Source: Candidatus Latescibacterota bacterium (GTDB taxonomy: Bacteria; Latescibacterota; UBA2968; UBA8231). From it: 64,000 nt of DNA. Shown here piece by piece: positions 58,809 to 64,000 of this stretch (positions within the stretch are counted from its first letter, which is position 1; the number at the start of each line of letters is the position of its first letter). Location: positions 320,001 to 384,000 of the forward strand of contig CBDAOB010000005.1 in the NCBI GenBank assembly GCA_965197905.1, written 5' to 3'. The notes under the pieces are model-generated. The model ran no database searches and was not told the origin of the DNA. It saw only the letters and a program-made list of their open reading frames with translations. The position numbers and the translations under genes are program-made.

Positions 58809-59855
58809 TCAGCGACGCCTGGATCTGAAGTGGCGTCGGATCTGGGTTTGAGTTGCCGTCCCCGTGGTACCTAACTGACGCACGGTGATCGCCGCTGCAA
58901 TTGCAGCGATGGCTGCCGCCTCTTCGAGATTTGCGCCCCCTGCCATAGCCGCGACCAACGCAGCCGAAGTCGCGTCGCCGGCACCCACGGCATCGATGGG
59001 GCCCTTCACACTGCGGGCTGGGATGTGCTCGAGACGGTCATCGTCGGCGATCAGGATGCCGTGCTCCCCTAGCGTCAGAAAAACCGGTCGTCCGGTAAGG
59101 CGGCTGAGTCTGCTAGCGTGGGTCCGCGAGGCGCGCATTGAGATTCTCTTGCCGCTAGCACCCATAGCCTGCGCCGCTTCGAACTCGTTCGGTTTGATCA
59201 TCACGTGTCGAAATAGCTGGACTCGCGTTCGGGAATCCGCCAGTGCTACCAGCTCCGGACGCCCACGCGACAGGGCAAGAAGTGCCTTCCGCACTCGGCT
59301 CGTCATCACCCCGCAATTCGCCTCCTGGACCTGATCGAGCATGAGCATCCCGTTCCACGATGCGCAGCGTTGCCTGACAAAGGTGATGATACGTTGCTGC
59401 AGGGAAACGGGAGTGGCCCGGCGGTTCTTGAGGTCGATGCGCTCCAATTCCTGCGAGACCATCTTTCGGCTGTTGGCCGGATCCACGTAGCAAGGTTTGC
59501 CATAGGTGGGAGTGAATCGATCGGGACAGGTGAAAAAACCGGACAGATCCAGACCAATCTCCGTCATCGCGCGGCGTAGCTCGTATCCCTCGCCATCGTC
59601 GCCACAGAAACCGACGGCCTCGACTGCACCCACCCCCAGTGCCTTGAGGTTGGCTGCCACCGTGCCAGCGGCGCCAGCCTGGCGTCGGGTCCGTATCACC
59701 TGGTAGCACTTCTTTCCGGTTTCCAGCGAGCGCTCGTCGAGGTCTGGATTGCAGTCGAAGTAGGAATCGAGGAAGAAGTCTCCGACGACGCCAACCCGGA
59801 GACTGGAAAACCTGCCCAAGATCTGTCGCAATCGTTTTTCGTTGAGCGTGTTCAT
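58809..59855 (-). CDS. PfkB family sugar kinase (HldE/RfaE domain I-like)
   Basis: VVGDFFLD, GAAGTVAANL, KPNEFE, TLGEHG, DAVGAGD. Confidence 0.88.
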   Translation of the reverse strand: MNTLNEKRLRQILGRFSSLRVGVVGDFFLDSYFDCNPDLDERSLETGKKCYQVIRTRRQAGAAGTVAANLKALGVGAVEAVGFCGDDGEGYELRRAMTEIGLDLSGFFTCPDRFTPTYGKPCYVDPANSRKMVSQELERIDLKNRRATPVSLQQRIITFVRQRCASWNGMLMLDQVQEANCGVMTSRVRKALLALSRGRPELVALADSRTRVQLFRHVMIKPNEFEAAQAMGASGKRISMRASRTHASRLSRLTGRPVFLTLGEHGILIADDDRLEHIPARSVKGPIDAVGAGDATSAALVAAMAGGANLEEAAAIAAIAAAITVRQLGTTGTATQTQIRRHFRSRRR

Positions 59856-60703
59856 TGCGAACCGTCCCTAAAGAGGTAAGTGAGCAGCTCATCCGCCTCA
59901 CGCCAATCCGGGACGAGTATCTGGGCGCCTACTTCCAGCAAGCGAGCGCGCTTCCAGTCGTCCCAGCCCCCCTCAGCGGTTTCTATGCTGGCAATGCCGA
60001 CGGTTACGGCGCCAACTTCTACGCCGTTTTCGATTTCCACATAACCATCGCCTACGACGACAAGCTCACTTCCGTTCAATTGAGTCTCCGCGATAATGCG
60101 GCCAATCAATTTCTTCTTCGAGAAGGCCCAGTATTCCTCTCGGGCACCGTGTATGCCGCCCTCAAAATAGGAAGCCAGCCCCAACAGGGCAGCCTCCTCC
60201 TCCACAAAGGGTTGGTCGGTGCCGCTTGCAAGGTAGCAGGTGATGCCGCGGTCGCGAAGTCCGCACAACAGATCGTAGCTCCCGGGGACGAGATAGTCAG
60301 AAGGTAATCCACGTCGTGCCCGCAAATCCTCCAGCCGGTGCGCGATTTTTTCGTGCAGGCGGTTCAGGTAGTCCGCTTTGTATTCCTCGGCAGACAAAGG
60401 GGTTCCGCCGCGTGCCTGGACTTCCCGACGGAGGTGTAGCATCTGATAGATCGTCTGCTGCCCGGTGAGACGGGCAATGAACTCGTCGCAGACCTGTCTC
60501 AATTCATTGACATCATGCCCGCCAGGTGTCATACCAAGGATTTCTACGCACTGGTCCATCATGACTTCCTGCCATCCCGCGCGGATCAGCGAAAAAGTGC
60601 CATCGAAGTCGAAGACAGCGACCTGCGGACATGCCTCTTCTGCTTCGGCACTGTAGATCTCGATATCTTTGCCGAGGCGCAGAACGGGCGTGCGATCCAA
60701 CAT
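59852..60703 (-). CDS. HAD family hydrolase
   Basis: FDFDGT, LASGT, SK, VGDG..E. Its stop overlaps the kinase start. Confidence 0.88.
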   Translation of the reverse strand: MLDRTPVLRLGKDIEIYSAEAEEACPQVAVFDFDGTFSLIRAGWQEVMMDQCVEILGMTPGGHDVNELRQVCDEFIARLTGQQTIYQMLHLRREVQARGGTPLSAEEYKADYLNRLHEKIAHRLEDLRARRGLPSDYLVPGSYDLLCGLRDRGITCYLASGTDQPFVEEEAALLGLASYFEGGIHGAREEYWAFSKKKLIGRIIAETQLNGSELVVVGDGYVEIENGVEVGAVTVGIASIETAEGGWDDWKRARLLEVGAQILVPDWREADELLTYLFRDGSQ

Positions 60704-60746
60704 ACAAACGGTCCTCGTGTGGGATGATAGTGGACGAGCGTCGGCA

Positions 60747-60776
60747 AGTGTAACCGCCGCGCGCGGCCGCCGTCAA
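60747..60776 (-). promoter_or_regulatory. Sigma70-like promoter for the HAD-kinase pair
   Basis: TTGACG-18nt-TACACT on the minus strand. Confidence 0.5.
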
Positions 60777-60944
60777 GAACCTGTGCGTTGGATAACCACG
60801 AACTCTTTCCCGCAGGGGGAGAAATGACGTTTTTGGGTGTCGCGAGCTACGACCTGCCGAGAAACAGGAAAACGCGGTGGCAATCAGAATGGGGAGCCGA
60901 ACAATTGTAGTGAACGCGCTTGATCTCATATCGCGTGTGGAGGT

Positions 60945-61745
60945 GTGCCCTTGAGAATGAGTTATGCGACGTTGCGATGGAAGAGTCCGGATCTGGAGCC
61001 GGCTCTCGAGGCGCTCAGGGAAGTGGGCTGGGACGGATGGGAAGGTCGGCTTCCGCTGGACTGGCTGGGACCGCCAAAGAGATTGCGACGTATCTGCGAC
61101 AACGCGGGCATGCCGATGGTCGTATATGCAGCGTCCGGTTCCCCGGACGATCCGAGCTGGGAGAACGTCGAGCAAAACAGGCGACGAATGGACTTCGCTG
61201 CCGAAATGGAAGTGGACTGCTTCATGGTTATGAACGGGCCCAAGCCGGATGGCATACCGGTTGCGGATGATGACGTTATACGGGCGGCTGAGCGAACCGA
61301 AGCGTGGGCGGAGTACGCCTCTCAGTACGAGCTGGTTTTGACCCACCACAACCACACGAATCTCCTGGTGGATTCCGTCGAGCACTGGAAGCTCTTTGCC
61401 AGCCTGTTGCGCGAGACGAAGCTGTGTATCGACTTCTCTCACGCGCAGCTTTGGGGCTACGATCCGGTCGAGTCGATCCATGACTTCCGCGATCAATTGC
61501 ACTACGTGCACCTGCAAGATTACTCTCGATGCACGCGCGATCAGCAAGGTGTGTATCATCCCACCTGGGTTGATGTGGGCTCAGCCGAAAGTCAGGATTT
61601 CCGCAAGATTCTTGAAGCCTTGGGCTCAATCGGTTTTTCCGGCTGGGTGACCAGCTGTCCCGCCGATGAGTGCCCGAGCGATCCAGCGGAGGAGGCGCGA
61701 GGAAGCCGAAGCGCGCGTAGCTATCTCCATAGTCTGGGTTTTTAG
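60945..61745 (+). CDS. Sugar phosphate isomerase/epimerase (IolE-like TIM barrel)
   Basis: GWDGWE, HHNH, CIDFSH, YVHLQD, GFSGW. Confidence 0.82.
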   Translation: MPLRMSYATLRWKSPDLEPALEALREVGWDGWEGRLPLDWLGPPKRLRRICDNAGMPMVVYAASGSPDDPSWENVEQNRRRMDFAAEMEVDCFMVMNGPKPDGIPVADDDVIRAAERTEAWAEYASQYELVLTHHNHTNLLVDSVEHWKLFASLLRETKLCIDFSHAQLWGYDPVESIHDFRDQLHYVHLQDYSRCTRDQQGVYHPTWVDVGSAESQDFRKILEALGSIGFSGWVTSCPADECPSDPAEEARGSRSARSYLHSLGF

Positions 61746-61795
61746 CGACCGACGGACCCGATCTCAAAGAACTCAAGGCCCGCAAACCGGTGCCC

Positions 61796-62923
61796 TCACA
61801 GTTCCGCCAGGTTCGCGCATCCGAGCTGGGTCATGTTGTTCTTCAGGTCCTGAATCAGGATCTCCGCCACATGGTCGCCACCGCGCCGGCCGAGCGCGGC
61901 AACGCCGAACATGAAGGCGCGACCGAGCAGCACGAAGTCCGCGCCAAGGGTCAGAGCGCGGGCGATGTCGAGCCCGCTCTCCACGCCGCTATCGAAGAGA
62001 ATCTTTGTTCGATGTCCGACGGCGCGCGCGATGTCGGGGAGCACCGAGATGGCGGCGGGAGCGCCGTCGAACTGGCGTCCGCCGTGGTTGGAGACCAAAA
62101 CTCCGTCGAAACCCACGTCCACCGCGCGCTCCGCCTGGGCGATATCGAGCAGGCCTTTGATCACGAGGGGTCCCTTCCATTCGTCTCGTACCGCCTGCAG
62201 GTAAGCCCAGTCGAGCGAACCGCCGAGCTCTTGGCCAATGAAGTTGAGCATGTCCTGCATGTCGCGCCCATCCAGGTATTTCTCCAGACCGTGGAAACGT
62301 GGCGGTCCGGCGCGCAAGGTCGCCAAGCTCCAGACGGGACGCACCGCGCAGCGATAGAGCATGAGCGGCGTGATTCTCGGCGGCACGGTGACCCCCGCGC
62401 GCGTCGGTCTTTCACGACGACTGACCGTGGGAACATCAGCCGTAACCAGCAGCGTGGTAAAACCTGTATCGCGAGCGCGGGCGAGCAGATCGCGACGTAT
62501 GTCGGCCCGGCGCGGTGGATAGAGCTGGAACCAACCCATCCCATCGGCCAGGGGACCGATGGTCTCCGGGGCTTCGGTTGCGGCAGTGCTGAGGGTATAG
62601 GGGAAGCGGTATTTCGCCGCTGTGCTGGCAAGGATCTGCTCGGCCTGTGGCCAAATCAACCCGGTCAGTCCGACGGGCGAAACGCCAAAGGGCGTGCCAT
62701 ACCGGACCCCGAACAGGGTGGTCGAGATGTCCGGATCAAACACGCCCTTCATGAACTGCGGGATCAGGGTGACGGCTGCCAATGCTTCGCGATTGCGCCG
62801 CACGCATTCATCGGCGCCGGTGCCGCTATCGAGATATTCCCAGGCGAAGTGTGGAATGCGCCGTCGTGCCCGCCGCCGTAGATCGGCGATGGCCGGATAG
62901 CGGTCCATGAGATTATTGCTCAA
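61796..62923 (-). CDS. FMN-dependent alpha-hydroxy acid oxidase/dehydrogenase (LldD/glycolate oxidase family)
   Basis: WFQLY, RRE, IKG, SNHGGRQFD, DSG, LGRAF. The TTG start overlaps the upstream TGA. Confidence 0.92.
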   Translation of the reverse strand: MSNNLMDRYPAIADLRRRARRRIPHFAWEYLDSGTGADECVRRNREALAAVTLIPQFMKGVFDPDISTTLFGVRYGTPFGVSPVGLTGLIWPQAEQILASTAAKYRFPYTLSTAATEAPETIGPLADGMGWFQLYPPRRADIRRDLLARARDTGFTTLLVTADVPTVSRRERPTRAGVTVPPRITPLMLYRCAVRPVWSLATLRAGPPRFHGLEKYLDGRDMQDMLNFIGQELGGSLDWAYLQAVRDEWKGPLVIKGLLDIAQAERAVDVGFDGVLVSNHGGRQFDGAPAAISVLPDIARAVGHRTKILFDSGVESGLDIARALTLGADFVLLGRAFMFGVAALGRRGGDHVAEILIQDLKNNMTQLGCANLAEL

Positions 62924-63609
62924 AAGTCGTACATCCGGTTCTGAACCTGGACCTGCAGCAACGAGGCGCTGCCGTCCTCTGTCACCCTTACCTGCGCGCG
63001 AACCTCTTCCGGGTAGGCCAGTAGATCCTCCTTGAACCGCTGCCGCTCGTTCTGCGGCACGAAGTAGGAATCGATGTCGCGGTAGGCGATCGACTTTCGC
63101 ATGACCCAGGCGCCGGCGATGGCTCTGTCTCGCTGCTCGCGATCGATGTTCCGCGGCATCTCTCCAGTCACGATCGAGTCCGCCGCCCAGGAGCCATCCG
63201 CCTCTTTGCGCAGAAACGCGTTGATTTGCATCCCCCGATCGATCACCTCTCCTTTGATCGCCACCTGACCCTCTGGTAACGCAGCGGGACGCTCTCCGTG
63301 GACCGTCCGCAGACCGCTCCACAACCCCGGTTGGGTCTCCGTCACCACGACGTAGGTCGCCTCGCCCGATCTCAGCGTCCGGTCCGCATCGGCCATGATC
63401 GCATCGACAAACTGGGCTGGATCCGAGATGTCGTAGGTCAGGTTGACATACTGCCCCCGCATCACATCCTGATTGTTTCCTCCTGCGTGCACAGCAAGCC
63501 AAATCGTCCGTGACGCAGAATCATCCGCTTCACGCTCCCACGGCAGCGCCGCCAACAGTGCCACCTGCGCTACCAGCGCCAGCGCAAACCAAACCGTGCG
63601 CGCGCTCAT
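62920..63609 (-). CDS. GDYXXLXY domain protein
   Basis: N-terminal TM, DVMRGQYVNLTYDIS, IDSYFVPQ. Follows a DUF2157-like gene. Confidence 0.8.
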   Translation of the reverse strand: MSARTVWFALALVAQVALLAALPWEREADDSASRTIWLAVHAGGNNQDVMRGQYVNLTYDISDPAQFVDAIMADADRTLRSGEATYVVVTETQPGLWSGLRTVHGERPAALPEGQVAIKGEVIDRGMQINAFLRKEADGSWAADSIVTGEMPRNIDREQRDRAIAGAWVMRKSIAYRDIDSYFVPQNERQRFKEDLLAYPEEVRAQVRVTEDGSASLLQVQVQNRMYDF

Positions 63610-64000
63610 GCCGTCCCCTTCGCTTTTAGGAAACGCTCGAAACGCACACCTCCGAGTGTGACTCCGATGCCACATAGAATGAACACGGCCGACTTCACCA
63701 TCAGGTGTGTGTCCCATTCCAGAAACCGGCTGACGATGACGAGGATAAGCAGCCCCAGCCCCAACCAGAATTCCCGCCGCTGGCCTTCCGTAACCGCCTC
63801 CCACAGCAACACGCCCGCTACCATCAGCAGCGCGAGGTTTGCCGTTACCGGGAGGACGATGTCGTTTCCAACGGCGATTCCGAGAGTCACCAGCGGGGCG
63901 GCCGCCAGCATCGCCAGATGTGTCCGCTGTCGCACCTGACCCCCGCCATGGGGGTGTCTCAGGGCTCCGAACCAGGCGACGGCAGCACCTAGATAAGCGA
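63606..64000 (-). CDS. DUF2157-like membrane protein, C-terminal part (partial)
   Basis: Frame stays open to the window edge. SRFLEWDTHLMVKSAVFILCG..FE. Typical neighbour of GDYXXLXY genes. Confidence 0.7.
   Translation of the reverse strand, partial: AYLGAAVAWFGALRHPHGGGQVRQRTHLAMLAAAPLVTLGIAVGNDIVLPVTANLALLMVAGVLLWEAVTEGQRREFWLGLGLLILVIVSRFLEWDTHLMVKSAVFILCGIGVTLGGVRFERFLKAKGTA

Noticed and set aside
58749..59857. 14-bp direct repeat GAGCGTGTTCATTG (58777 and 59844) flanking the kinase, and a local duplicate GAACGGCGAGCGTG (58749, 58770)
   Set aside because: No mobile element. One copy is coding sequence, and a match of this length is plausible by chance. Two copies do not form a CRISPR array.

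Overview
GC-rich bacterial chromosomal region with about 55 genes. I recognised no rRNA, tRNA, CRISPR array, transposase or integrase. It is dominated by expanded catabolic paralog families: three PhyH-type Fe/2OG dioxygenases, two UxuA-like dehydratases, three RQLFxDD beta-propeller hydrolase-like genes plus a relic, two Gfo/Idh/MocA oxidoreductases, two TIM-barrel sugar isomerases, CBM9-like fusion proteins, a BNR/Asp-box protein and a GH113. This style resembles marine Latescibacterota/Poribacteria-like genomes, which is an inference only. Recognisable modules: (1) a czcCBA-type metal efflux operon preceded by a Cys/His-rich leader ORF and a long hairpin; (2) an SRAP gene paired with an ATP-dependent ligase that lacks the OB domain; (3) cobalamin riboswitch-btuB-cobU-cobT with a convergent cobS; (4) a TonB receptor-YfiR-Trp-rich lipoprotein-HAMP/HisKA_2 kinase operon facing a double-receiver regulator; (5) a 960-aa exported protein with Ca-loop-like acidic motifs. 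Four genes each carry a single extra base in a short homopolymer, most likely from sequencing error, and several intergenic gene relics are visible. All assignments come from reading motifs by eye, with no database searches.
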